Below are positions 12,271-25,905 of a stretch of DNA of 64,000 nucleotides, in pieces. Within the stretch, counting starts at the first letter, position 1; every line of letters starts with the position of its first letter. The notes under the pieces are model-generated. The model was not told the origin of the DNA and did not search any database. It saw only the letters and a list, made by a program, of their open reading frames with translations. The stretch is from positions 180,954-244,953 of the forward strand of contig BFEA01000015.1 in assembly GCA_003427395.1 (NCBI GenBank), read 5' to 3'. The stretch is from Chara braunii (lineage: Eukaryota; Plantae; Charophyceae). Both the position numbers and the translations under genes were made by a program.

Positions 12271-13164
12271 AAGTGACTTTTGTACAGTCGCTAGTTCCGA
12301 CCCTGCACAACAGGGAAAGGGGTCGACCGGGCGCTCACCTGCGATCGAGCGGTTGTTTAATCGACAGATGGTGAAAGGTCTGCTGATGAATCGACTGATA
12401 GATTGCCTGCGATCGACGGATGTGTCCGCTGGTCGAGTGCAGAGCAATCAACGATCGGAACAAGTGAATGGATAAAACACTCGCACGGTGCATGTGTCCT
12501 GTCCATTCACTCGTTCCGATAGCGGGAAGCTCTTCGTTCGACCAGCGAACGGATCGATCGTTCTTCGGCAACCAATCAGTCGATCGAACAGTACATCTTC
12601 CACTATCTGCCGATTGATAAACTGAACGTAGATTGCTGTTGTGTATGGTTGATACTTACGATTGCAAAAAAGAAACTTCGCACACCATCTTTGTGCGCTG
12701 GGGGAGAAACAACATGTCGCTCGCCCATCGGCGACCAGACAATCAATTGCTCCAGAGATCTGGCACGATCAACTGACTGACTGACTGCTCGGTTGGTGGT
12801 TGATCGAGTGCTTGATTGGTTGATCAAGCGAACGATCTGCTGATCCGTCGCGCGAGGGGTGCTAACACGAACTACCCGCGATGTGAGAGACCGAGCAGAC
12901 GAGAAACTCGCACACTGGTGGTGACATGGATGTTAAAACTGAAACCAGCGAAACAAAAACGCGGTGATAATATTGAGACAGCACACGCGATCAATCGACT
13001 GGCCGGCAGTAAGCTGCTTGTGTTATGACGTTGCCATTGTAACGAGCGAAACACACACGCGGTGATAAAATTAAGACAGCACACGCGAGCAATCGACCGA
13101 TCGCGATTATTCTGATTGTGTTTTGCGATTAAGACAACCCCGCGCGCACACCTTGCGCAGTGAG

Positions 13165-13166
13165 AC

Positions 13167-13250
<84 letters not shown>

Positions 13251-13415
13251 CACGCACCCTTTTAGTCGAGCAAGCTTGAAAGACACGCACACACACACAA
13301 TCCTTGCGCACACTTGTGGCAGAAACTTGATACACACGCACACACACACACACACGTTCAATGTACAAAAACACATCAGCACACACACACACACGCACAC
13401 ACATACACACACACG
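13165..13415. repeat. (CA)n microsatellite
   Basis: Direct inspection. Confidence 0.95.
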
Positions 13416-14928
13416 TTCCGGCCGCGTGCTCACTCACCGAATGAAACTGTCGGCTGGAGATGCCTGCGAACCCAAACGTCAATTGAGACAGCGCTGTGTG
13501 GGACTTTCGTCGAATGCGGTGTGTGTGCGAGACAAATGTGTGGAGTGGTTGAAGCGCCTTTCAATAAAGGCTGGAAGCGTCGTCCGCAGGTCGTCTTGCT
13601 ATGCAGAAGGTGACGTGGAGCGCGACGCAAAACGTGGTGAGAAACGCGAGCAGGTGGAGGACGTGCGCGGTGCGTCGACGCGGCGAAAGCGAGCACAGAG
13701 AAGGACGTGTGTCCCTTCTCTTTGAGAGGAGTTGTGGCCTCGTGCTGCTTGCCAGCTATGGCGCTCCGGCTGTGTGGGGCGCTGGTGTTGACGGCAGTGG
13801 CAGTGCGAGACGTTCGTCCGGCAGCATCTCCCCAGCAAAATCGCAGAATGCGGCTTGATTTCCACGGGCGCCGCTTGGATTTGTAGGCGCGCGGTTTCAG
13901 GTCCCCCTCGGGTCTTCGGTTTCGGCGTTGAGTCAGGGGCCCGTGCGTCGCTGCACGACTGTTGGATTCGCGCATCGTGCGGTGGCTCCACGTCGAATTC
14001 CCGCGATGGGTGCCCCGTGCGAACGTCATGAAGAAAAGGCCCCATGGGACCGGAACTGGGAAACCACGTCTCGAATTCCCCATTTGGTCGCTTAACAGAT
14101 CGGAGAGGCAGTTTCAGGCCTCGCACAGGGACGGTTCATTTTCCGGAGAGCGAAGGGGGGAGGGGGGGGGCCCTGCGCTAGTCTACATAGCGAAGTCGCC
14201 GTCTGGCAGTCCCATTTGCATATCGGACGGCCAACGTGCGTCTGCTAACATGACGCGGGTGCCAATTCGCATGCAGGCGGGTCTTTCCGTGGGGTCCGAC
14301 GCCAGTCGGAGGCGGGCCTTGGGCGACCCGGCCCGGGCACAGTTGGGCCAGAGGATACCATTGAACAGTTGTCTGGGCTTTGTTGCAGCCCATTTGCATC
14401 GTCCGCTCTGCTGCGTCTACGTTGTCATCCTTCATCGCCTTCGCTGCTCCACTGTCGCGCCACGTGTCTCCGGGACTGGGCGTGTGGGTTTCCGCTCGTC
14501 ATCGCGGATGTCCACCTAGTTCCCGTCCTTCCGACCGCTCATGTGCTCTGTCTTTGCGTTCCGCGTTATCACATGCCCGCCATCGTCTGCGGTTTGCCCT
14601 AGTCAAAGAGTTGCGCCAACCCTTCAAGGTACAGTGATGTTCTCCCTGCCCACGTGTCCGCCATCGTCTGCAACTGTTGGGGTTGGCATTGGGGCACATG
14701 CTTGCCTGCTCGGATTGCGACATTGCGACATTTGCGACTGAAACGCCGCACGAGCTCGCTTGGTCGTAACAGCAAGGCTTTTGCGATCAGCACGCGAAAA
14801 AGGCGTTCCGCGGGCGCTGTCTTCACGGCACGATCACATGGGGACACGGAGGTGCTCCACGACAGGCAATGCTCAGGCGCATGGGGGAACATTGCTCGAC
14901 GACACAATTATTGCATGGAGGAGGGAAC

Positions 14929-15165
14929 ATTGTTCGATATCGAACAATCATCGCGTGGACGCGTGATCTTTGTTCGATATCGAACAGTCATCGCGCGGAA
15001 GCGAGGTCATTGATTGACAAAGATCAATCAGCGTGCGGAGGCGCGACCATTGTTCGATATCGAACAATACGCATAGGAAATCATCGCGCGATGATATCCA
15101 GCAATGAAAGCGTCTCCGCGCGATGATATCGAACATTGCCGTCGGACGATGATATCGATCAATGA
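14929..15165. repeat. Cluster of TGTTCGATATCGAACA palindromes on a ~40-bp register
   Basis: Perfect cores at 14931, 14971 and 15051, with degenerate copies further right. Confidence 0.85.
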
Positions 15166-15456
15166 ACGCGCCTCTGCGCGATGATTGCCCGTCCGCATCC
15201 TGAACTCCGATTTTTCTCCCGCATCACCGCTTTTCCTCGTGTGCACAAAGGTGCGGCCTGACTCCCCCTTCGCCACGTGCCAATCAAAACAGCCATTCCG
15301 CTGTGGCGTGGTGAAAAGAAAACATGACGAAGCTTCGATACCGCGAGGTTCGGGCGATGTTTATTCTCGCAGCGGCCATTGTTTGCGATGTCCACGCGAC
15401 AAAAAATTCCCGCCCATTGACGAGATTCCTTTGCCATCCGTTTCCTCATCGTTGAC

Positions 15457-15491
15457 GAGAGAGAGAGAAAGAGAGAGAGCTTTTGTACACA

Positions 15492-15573
<82 letters not shown>

Positions 15574-15620
15574 CGGAGAGCCACAGAGAGAGAGAGACAG
15601 ATAGTTAGATAGATAGACAG
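15457..15620. repeat. (CA)n/(GA)n compound microsatellite
   Basis: Direct inspection. Confidence 0.95.
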
Positions 15621-17044
15621 ATTGGCAGTCGTGTGTGGAGGGCGATCAGCACCATAAACAGGAATCGACGATGGCGGTGACGTCCCGCTACACTCGCGGG
15701 CGCGTGCTGATTATTGGCCAACGAGCGCGCTGATCATATCGTCGTCGAGCGTGTCACAAGTGATGGTGATCAGGCCATGGAATGCTGACCGCACTCTCTG
15801 GGTTCGGAACACTTGTTCGTGAGTTGATCGTGTGAGTTCGCCGTGGTCCGGACTTCGATGGCCTGGCTGACCACTTTCATTGTATTTGTTTCACACGTGT
15901 CATCAACAACAGTGCTCTTGAAAACCTCCATCTAATGCCACACATACAACCTCCCATCTACTGACGTGGAACCACGTCCGGAACGTCGATGTTGACGTGT
16001 TTTGGCCAATGGTGGTTGCTGCGAAGGATCCCGGAGGACTTCCGAAATTTATAACTTTACTGCGACGAGCGCAGTGCTGCCCGCGCCTGAGTAAAGTTAA
16101 GAATTCCGCAAGTCCGCCGGGATCCGAACTTCGCTGCCACCACGACGAATAACACACCTCAACATCTACGTTCCAGACGTGGATTCCACGTGAATGGACG
16201 GGAGGTTGCTTGCGTGGCATAAGATGCAGTTATCAATCCCGTTCCCTACAAAATGGATTGTATAATTTTGGTTCCCGCAGGGAATTAAGAAACACGCTAA
16301 CCGAAAAACGCCCATGTCTTTCTAGAAACCTATATGGGACTTCAAGTTGGCTGTCGAGTGCGAGGTGCCCCATTTTCGCGAACTTCAGATCCCGGCGAAC
16401 TTCTCGCAAATCACCTCAGCCTGTAACAAACCAAAAATAACTACTGAAAGCATTTGCAGGATGGAGTGTGAATTCAAAGTTCGCCGGGAGGAATTCAAAG
16501 TTCGTCGGGATCCAAACTTGTCGTCCCAGCGGTGCAATCGAGGCAACCGTTGGAGACGACAAGTTCGGATCTCAGCGACCTTGGAGGTTCGCACGGTGTT
16601 CTCCTCGAAGATGATGTCCGTCGTGCGATCAAGCGATCTCGAAGCACGCTCGAGCCTTCTCGACTAGGCGAACACACGAGCTCGAAGCACGCTTGAGCCT
16701 TCTCAATAGGGGAGCCGACCACTGGCACCGTCGGAACCCTCAGGACAAATGCGATGTTCCAAGCCGTCGAAAAGGACGGTGAGATTGACCGTGACCCTCA
16801 AAGTCCGTCGGCTTCCGAACTTGGTAGTCGGAGGAGCCTCGGGGAACTGTTTTTTATGTGTCTTCAGAGGTCCAGCTGCTGGACAGCTGTGTGCACAATC
16901 TGATGGCCGCGCGTGGCTGCACCACAGCGCGAAACTGCCTGGGACCGTTGTCGGGCGGCCGCAGGCCCGGCGACCCGAAATTCAAAAGGATTGGGCCATG
17001 GGCTAAGCGCCTAGTGGAGGATCGACTGGCACTTTCGTTAGGCC

Positions 17045-19356
17045 TGTCGGGAAAAATTAGGGGTCGGAAGGGGACCCCTAAAATTCCCCGCGTCAAGTAC
17101 TGAAACTGACCCTTGAAATCAACGAAAGGAACGGTCACGCCTGCCGCGCCTAGCACCTCTCGTTTTATGGCCATCCCGAAGCTGTTCCCGAAGCGGCCGA
17201 CTGCGACACGGAGACGCGGTAGTAGGCCTCGGCGCATCGCTTTCACACTGACCAATTGGCGAAGGGGTGACCCTTTAGATTTCATTAATTCTAACGACAA
17301 ACTTAAAACCGAGAGAACGAATTAAAAATAATAAAAGGGAAGAAAACAAATAAAACCTTGATAATTAATTAATTTTCTCCAGAATTCACTTTTGGCGGAA
17401 CTGTCCTCAATTTTCGTCAATTCCAACAATAGTATTAAAAATAAGGAAATGACTCAAAAAATATAATAAAAGAAAAGAAAACAGATTATTATTTATTGGA
17501 CTGATTTTTGACGGATTTCATTTTTGATGAAATTTGTGTCGGAGATCATTTATTTACCTTTTGTCCATAGATCCGTCCGATTACCCTTGATTTTCTCGAT
17601 CCACCTGATTACTATCCCCGCGAAGGCCGATAGTTATTGAGTGAGCGGGGACCGATTTTAGGTCGCGGGTCGGCGAGGTACGACGTGGCCCTATGATTTT
17701 GGTGCGGGGACAAGTTTGGAACGAGCACGAAACATTGGTTCGGGACAGGAACGGCTGGGGCAATATTGGAACATGCTACTGCAGTTCAACGTCTGACCTT
17801 ATTGTTTTGGTACGACCAAAGGTCTGGCATCAGTGCGGCACACTTCATGTCCGGTACGGTAACGGTGCGGTCACAAGGACAGCATTGGTGCGGCCTTCGG
17901 TCTGATCTGGAACGGTCTGCGGACGGGCTGGCCACGACAGTGTGAAACCATTATTTTCTTTTAGTTTGGATACTCAATCTCGACATTGCCACTATCTACT
18001 GCAGCTCAATACTATTGTTCCCGCTCTGGTCACTGGCCCAGTGTTGGCGAGACTCATTGTGGTTCGGAGCTTGTGCTGCTTGGTCTAGTCTGGGAGCGAC
18101 TTACTCCGGCAACCGCGGTTGCCTTGGTATGGGATTTTGGTACAGGCACAGCTATTGTGCGGTTCGCTGCGGCGATGGGACTCAACTGGAACTGCTGCGG
18201 TCGGTCTGCTGCGGGTTGTCATTACTGTATCGGTACGGCCACTGGCCTGCGCTAACCGATAGTACCCAGCTTCAAAACTGGTGCATACATGGCCTGAGAA
18301 TGCGGTAATCCGGTGGCTTTCTATGAGCTGAAGTACTATTTTTCTTTTTCTTTTTTTTTTTAGTACCCTGCGTGCTAGACGTGCACGACTACACTGGTAC
18401 CACTGGTGCCCCGGGCCGAAACTGGTGTTGGTACCTGAGGCCGGGCTTGCCTTTGGACCCGAGGGTGTGGTCGCATATAGAGAGGACCAGTGTTCGTAAG
18501 GGGGATTATTCGGCAGTAGGGGAGACCAGAGTGAACGCAGTGTTCGGACTGTGACCGCAGGAGACCGCCGCGAGATGGCTCGTGTCTGTCCGCGTGAGCA
18601 AGCGGGCTCCAGCCATGGTGGACATGGCTGCTACAGCCAAGAGACCAGGCCCGAGTGAAGAAGGGCCGGCACGACTCCAGGGGGATTCGACAGCGGGGCG
18701 ACCAGGGAGAACGGGGCGCACGTGGGCAAGCGACCGCAGTGCACGGACAGCAAACGGCGGCGAGCGCAGCGAACGTACCTGTCCGCGAAGCGCAGTGGTT
18801 TCGTGCTGCTCACGGTTAACGGTAATTATGACGGCAGTGTGTGTGTGTGTGCGAGAGAGAGAGAGTGAGAGGGAGAGAGCACACAGTGGGACAGAGAGAG
18901 AGCGGACTGAGTGAGAGAGAGAGACAGCGGACTGAGAGAGAGAGAGTGAGTGCATCCGTGCCTCATAGTGAGAGGGAGAAGTGAGAAGGGGGGTCAGAGA
19001 CGGCCTGTACGAATGAGGGGGAGATGAACACGGTATGTATGTTTGTCCTAAGCGCGGGGAAATACGTTCGAGCATGATCAGATGTTGATCAACTGCCGCA
19101 ATCTAACAACAACGGGCCGAGAAGATGACGAAAGAGCGGGTGAGACAGAAGTCATGAGGGAGAAGAAGGCACGCGCCTACCTGGAAAAGGAGATAACAAG
19201 GTATTGTAATCAACACCGCGAACCCGACCCTAAGCATCGCGAAATTCATCCAAGTTCGAGTGCGAGAGGCTACACAACAGTGGAGTTTGAATACACACAG
19301 TGCACAAATCTGACAAGTTTTTGGACCTGGTCCATTTGCTGTTGGGAGCTTCAGCT

Positions 19357-19388
<32 letters not shown>

Positions 19389-22370
19389 GAGGCAGAGACA
19401 GAGAGTGGCAGATAGCGGCAACTATCTGTCAGGGAAGCGCATAGGTGACCGAGAGTTTGACATACATACATACATCGGTAAACTAGAGATGAAAATACTC
19501 AGAGAGTCGACATGAAAATTCAGCAGCAAAAGAACGACTCAACAAGTACAACCATCATCACAGTAGTTTGCCTTTGCCAACGTACGCCGAACTCAACACC
19601 CCATAGCTGTATCTTCCCCAAGTATAGGCAAAGCAGAGTCCTTCTACCGGTTTCATCTTCAGGAAGGTGTACCTTGCAGGTACTTTTGCCGAACGGAGAG
19701 ACCGAAAACCTTGTCTCTCGTGGATATAACGATTCTGGAGACTACGAAGGCTTACGCCTAGCTACGGTATCATGTGTGCCGTTTCAGAAAATGCTTTTTT
19801 CAAAACAAATAAATAAAATAAAATAAAACCCCGTGATCCTTCCGAAACGTAAACGGAAGGAAGGCCGAATTGAAGTCCAGAAATAAAGTCAGGAACTAAA
19901 AACCAAAACGAGCCACTGGATGTATCTACTGCAAGAACTATCCAGAAACATTCAGAAGGCTACCAGTCCTGTGGCGCAGCGTCCGAAGCGACGCTCGACT
20001 GGGAGTAATGATTGTCCCAAAATAACGCGGGGGTCATACCCGCGTCTGACATCAGACTCTGCTTGTCAATTTTTGCTCAGCATGATTCCTTTGGTATTCC
20101 CGTGTCGTTTTGTGGTCCTACCGAGCCGCCCAGAGTCGAATGGGAACATCCTCTGCTTTCGAAGTCTGGAGCTCGAGACCGACTCGTGCAACATCAGAAA
20201 ACAGTCCAGCAGTTTGTTAAGCAACTCATTTTCTTCAACCTTGGCCAACTTGGCCAAGGCACCGAGAGAGAGAGAGAAAGAGGATGAAGAACACTTGAAT
20301 GAACCTGCCTTTGAAAAGGACCAGATTCATTCTCAACCAAGCTCATGGGAACGCACAGGCGTGAAGACCTGTGAAGAGACGTGCGAATGGCAGACTGGGG
20401 CCTATGCTAACGAAGGGAGGGCTACCAGGCGCAGATGGGAGATGGAGGGAAAGCATGCGAGATTTGGAGGGGCTGCGCACAAGGAGAAGGAAGCCGCGCA
20501 AAAGCAAGAGCTGATCTGTGCCACGAGAGTGGATCTGCGCTGATAGAGAGCAGAGCTGCACAAGGAATGAGAAGAGCATGGGCATGGAGGCTGCTCAGGA
20601 AGAGTTGCGTGCCAAAGCAGCAGGCTGAACCGAAAGGCATTTGAGAAACGAATCTGAACCACATCGCGTGTCAGATTCGTAGATGAGAACTACACACCTT
20701 ATGTCTAGATGTATCTGTCCACTATCATGGCATGATCGCAGGGGTGACCGTTGCTGTAATTGCAGAATCCAGCAGGATACCCGACCATGCCAGTATACAT
20801 AACATCAGAGATGCATCTAGGCGCAGATGTACGCCAGATACATTCGGCAGCTTAGTATGCAAAATAGATTCTATAAAAAAAAAGCAAAGAAAATGAATAT
20901 GACCAGATGTTGCGTGTCAGATTCGCCCTAATGGACTGTGCTCATGAAAGGAGAGAGAGCGCAGGTGCATTAGTGTGCACGTGGTAGAAGAAGAAGGGGT
21001 GAGAAGAAGAGAAAATAATCGAGAGATCGGAAGGAAATCCGGAAGAGAGAGTGAGAAAGAGGAAATTCAATGGCAAAGAGCACTGGATGGGAGAGGGGTC
21101 GTCCTTCCTCTATTGAGATGCCATTGGGAGGAAAGACCACGACAAGCATTTTCACGATTCAGATTCGAGATTCAACAATCTGACCATTGAAACCAAGAAA
21201 TTTCGCGCGCGCCATTGAACTTTACTCGAATTTCAATAATGCCCTCGTGAGATATCAAACTACTGTGCGAGCCTGTTAAAGTCTGAGACGACAAATTCAG
21301 CAGACAGGCGGGGACTGGTGATGCATAGGGCTGAAAGTACGACTGAGGGAGGGTTTCTTCCTTTAGTTAACTGCCTTCTTGTCTTGATTTACAGGAATCC
21401 GCCCCATGCCTTGAAATTCAAAAAAAAGTCCTCGCGAACCATAAACTTGCCAACAGCTTGCTGCCAACCTCAATCACCGGAGTGTTGCATGGATTTGCCT
21501 GAACGAGGGCACTTGATCTCGAGGGGGTACGAGGGGCTGTGTAATCTGATCGAACCAAGGAACATTGGAAGCACAATATATGGAGCGTAATAGGTGCTTC
21601 AACTAATGCTTTGACGCTGCAATCTTACTAAATAGAGCCATCAGTCCCTACGGAACTTAAACAGATTGGCCTTGGTGAGATTAGCGGACCCTGAAGCAGT
21701 GGTATTACTGCAAGTTTCAGCAGACTTGAGACTTACTGAGGATTTGGACTCAAATGAGGGATTAGACTCGGGAATCAGAGGGAGGATTCGAACTGCAGAT
21801 TCAGACCCGGGTCGTTCAGACTCGACAGAGGACTCAGACTCAACCGAAGACCCATAGTCAGCCAAGACCCCAACCGAGAGAGACTGAGACTCATACAGAT
21901 TTGTGAGATGTAAACTTTGGAAAGGTGCGACTCTCAACAGCAGCTCAGGGACAGGGATCAATGGGAATCGGACACATAGTCAACTGGCCAGCAGCGGGGA
22001 CCGGACTCAGAGAACTAAAACAACTGCGAATTCCATACTAAAGGGGGCAGAGACGCAAAGCGATTGAAAAAGAGTAACCGATTGGGTTCTGGTTGTACCA
22101 CACATCTGCTGAACTAAGAGCTCTCTTGTTAAAGTCTTAATTTTTTTTATGACCCTCTTGTTGATCGAATACCCTCTTATCCCAAATAATGATTATCATG
22201 AGCCCATTTCTGTAAAACAGTGACCTACAGGGAAGACCCTCCAGGGGGATCCCAAGCTGGGACGCGGAGCTATTGGGTTGAAAGAACATTTTATTTTATT
22301 TTAATTTTTCACGTGTTCCGCACGGCCGTGCGAATCTTTGAACTCTTCGTTCACAAGCGGGTGCTTGACA
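17045..22370. mobile_element. Probable LTR-retrotransposon-derived insertion (long solo LTR or non-coding remnant)
   Basis: Starts TGTC and ends GACA. It interrupts the 22-bp motif array, with no motif copies seen inside. Its start (ggaaaaattaggggtcgga) resembles the reverse complement of 63975-64000. The TSD is imperfect (ggcc/ggca). Confidence 0.4.
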
Positions 22371-24171
22371 GGCAGAGCAAACCAAGGCACCCTACCGATC
22401 GCCGAGGACCTCGGAAGCGGGCGCAGCGAGTGACAGGCGCTGTAGCCCTTGGCTTCGACGAATGGTAGGCGACCCCTCCCCGGGTTTCCTCACACCGTCG
22501 TGTTTCAGTGATGCGCACATTTTCAGAATCAGCGCGGGTTTCCCCCCGGATCCGAACCTGTCGCCGACCTGGATCCCGCGTTTATTTTCCCGCCATTCGG
22601 CCAACAGAAATTGGCAGTGCCAGCGAGCGAGCTCGCGTCGAGAACGGGGTTTACAGGGGTCCCATGGGGCCCCTGCCGATTCGTTTCGTGTATTGGGGAG
22701 GCAAAGCACAGCCTTGCATCGCGGGGGGAGCAACTGAAATCTAGGACTGCCCGCAAACCGGATCAACCACTCGTGCCTGTACAAATCCAATATGCGAAGT
22801 GCCGCGCAAAAACCGTCGCTACTCCTGCACCCGGCAAGTTCGGATCCCCGCGGACTTTGGGGATCCGCGTGAATCGAACCACCCATTTCAACGACCAGGT
22901 TTTCCGCATGCGTTTTGATGGCCAGAGGCCTTTGGGTGTGCAATAGTGCTCGCCTTGAGAGTTGCCTTATAGGGGTTTATGGGGGTTGCCGTCGGTGTCA
23001 GTGGCCGTGGCCGTTTTCGTTCTGCCGTCGATCTCCGTTGCCCTCCAAGGGTTGTCATCATCGCGATGCCTGCAATCTGGTCGCTGACAGGCCCGTGTCT
23101 CGCCGTGCTTTGCGGTTCGCGTTGTCAGATGTCGACGTTGGCAGCGCGCAAATCGAAGCTCGCCTTTTGAATACACGAATCGGGGTTTGTTGGGCTTGCA
23201 GAGGGGTCTACCAGCCATGGTCATGCTTTTCTTTTCCGTGTCGCAAAGAACATGGAGGCCCTCGCGTTGTTCTGCTGATAACTGTCAAAAATCAGCGTGG
23301 ATTACGACATTTGTGACTAAATCACCGCACGAGCTCACTTTGTCGATGGTAAGAATCGGTGTTTACAGGGGTCGATTGGGGACCGCGCTGCGCCAATTTC
23401 TGACGTGGTGGACCCGCGACTGGCCTTTTTCCCGTGAGTGCTCTCGTCCAACACACATTTGAAAGCCCATTCGCATCAGGGTCATCCATCCATGCACCAC
23501 GCATAGCGTTCCTTCAATGCACCCGCTGGCCAGCCCTCCCAATATGCAAGGTGCCGCGCAGAAACCGGTTCCTCCCTAATCCAGCAAACGCCAAGTTTGG
23601 ATCCCGGCAGACTTTGAGGTTCCGCGTAAATCTAACCACCCTTTTCGACGGCCTGCACTTCCGCATGGGTTTGTATAGCCAGAGGCCTTTGGGTGCGCAA
23701 AAGTGCTCACCTTCATAATTGCCTTGTAGGGGTTTATGGGGGTTGCCGACGGTGTCAGTGGCCGAGTCCGTTTTCGTTCCGCCGTCGGTGTTCCTTGCCC
23801 TTTGAGAGGTGTCATCATCGCGATGCGTGCATAATGGTCGCTGACATGCCCGTGTCTCGGCGTGCTTTGCGGTTCACGCTGTCATATGTTGACGTTGGTA
23901 GCGCGCGAATTAGAGCTCGCCTTGTCGACTGCACGAATCGGGGTTTGTTGGGATTGCAGGGGGTCTACCAGCCATGGTCATAATTATTTTTTTTTCCCGC
24001 AGAAAAGAACTTCCAGTCCCACGTGCTGTTCGACTCATAACTGTCAAAATCTGCGCGGATTGCGACATTTGCGACTGAAACACCGCACGAGCTCGCTTTG
24101 TCGCTGGGGAGAGTCGGTGTTTATAGGGGTCAATTGGGGGGCGGGCTGCACGATTTCTAACGTGGTGCACC

Positions 24172-24368
24172 CACTATGCGTGGGTGCGCAGAAGGAAGGC
24201 TCCGCTGCTGCTTTCAAATGTCTGTCGGACGAGAGCACGCACAGAAGAAAGGCTGCGCGATTTCTAACGTGGTGCACCCACGACCAGCCTTTCTTCTGTG
24301 CGTGCTCTCGTCCGACAGACATTTGAAAGCAGCAGCGGAGCCTTCCTTCTGCGCACCCACGCATAGTG
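24172..24368. repeat. Perfect 84-bp inverted repeat with a 29-nt loop
   Basis: 24172-24255 is the exact reverse complement of 24285-24368. Confidence 0.95.
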
Positions 24369-25905
24369 TTCCTTCGTTGCACCCGTTGAAAAACCCTTCC
24401 AATATGCGGAGTGCCGCGCAAACACCGGTTACTCGCTGCTCCATCACACGCCAAGTTCGGATCGCGGCGGACTTCGAGGCTCCACGTGAATCTAACCATC
24501 GTTCTCAACTGCCTTGACTTTCCCATGTGTTCTGATTGCCAGGGATCTGGGGATGCGCAAAAATGCTCGTCTTGAGAATTGCGCTTATAGGGGTTTATGG
24601 GGGTTGCCGACGGTGTCTGTGGCCAGGTCCATATTGGTTCTGCCGTCAAAACAGTAAGTTATGTCGCCTTCGATGGGATCTTCGTTGCCCTCCAATGGGT
24701 GTGATCTCCCCGATGCGTGCGATCTGGTCGCTGACATCCCCGTGTCTCGGCGTGCTTTGCGGTTCCCGCTGTCATGTGCCGATGTTGGCAGCGCGCGAAT
24801 CGGAGCTCGCCTTGGCGACTAGACGAATCGGGGTTCGTTGGGGTTGCAGGGGGTCTATCACCCATGGTTATATTTTTCTTCTCCACGCTGCAAAGAACTT
24901 CGAGTGCAACGAGCTGTTCTACTGATACCTGTCGAAATTCGGTTGTGACTGGAACACGGCACGACCTCGCTTTGTCGATGGGAGGAATAGGTGTTTATAG
25001 GGGTCACTTGGGGGCCGCGCTGCGCCAATTTGTAACGTGGTGCACCCACGACTATCCTTTTTTTTGTGCGTTCTCTCGTCCAACAGCCTAACAGGCAGTT
25101 GCGAGCAGCAGAGCGTAAACAGGTTCTCGGCGCCATCCGCAACCACCGAGTTCGGATCCCGGCGAACTATATAGTTCAGGGTGATGCTAAGCGTCCTTTT
25201 CCACGACCTGGTCCATCGCGTTTGTTCTTGTCGTCGGAGAACTATGGGTGCGCGTACGCGCTCGCTGTGTGTGTTGCCGTAATTGGGGTATACAGGGGTT
25301 GTTGCCATTGGCAGTGGTTATTGTCGTTCGCGCAAAAGTGCTCGCTTCATAATTGCCTTATAGGGGTTTATGGGGGTTGCCGGCGGTGTCAGCGGCCGGG
25401 TCCGTTTTCATTCCGCCGTCGGTCTTCCTTGCCTTTCAAGTCGTGTCATCATCGTGATGCATGCATAATAATCGCTGAGATGCCCATGTCTCGGCGTGCT
25501 TTGTGGTTCGCGCTATCATGTGTCGACGTTGGCAGCGCGTGAATCAGAGCTCGCCTTGTGTACTGCACGAATCGGGGTTTCTTGGGGTTGCATGGGGGTC
25601 TACCAGCCATGTTCATATTTTTTTTCCCCCGCAGCAAAAAACTTCGAGTCCCACGCTCTGTTTGACTCATAACTGTCAAAATCAGCGCCGATTGCGACAT
25701 TTGCCACTGAAACATCGCACAAGCTCGCTTTGTCGATGGGGAGAATCGATGTTTATAGGGGTCAATTGGGGGGCGCGCTTTGCCGATTTCTAGCGTGGTG
25801 CACCCACGACTGGGCTTTCTTCTGTGCGTGCTCTCGTCCGACAAACATTTGAAAGCAGCAGCGGAGCTTTCCTTCTGTGCACCCACGCATAGAGTTCCTT
25901 CGTTG

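Noticed and set aside
12872-14519. Overlapping 100-217 aa ORFs
   Set aside because: CA-repeat or GC-rich open frames with no recognisable motif.
10071-16822. 22-bp motif array as a CRISPR array
   Set aside because: Both orientations, irregular spacing, degenerate copies, eukaryotic context and no cas genes.
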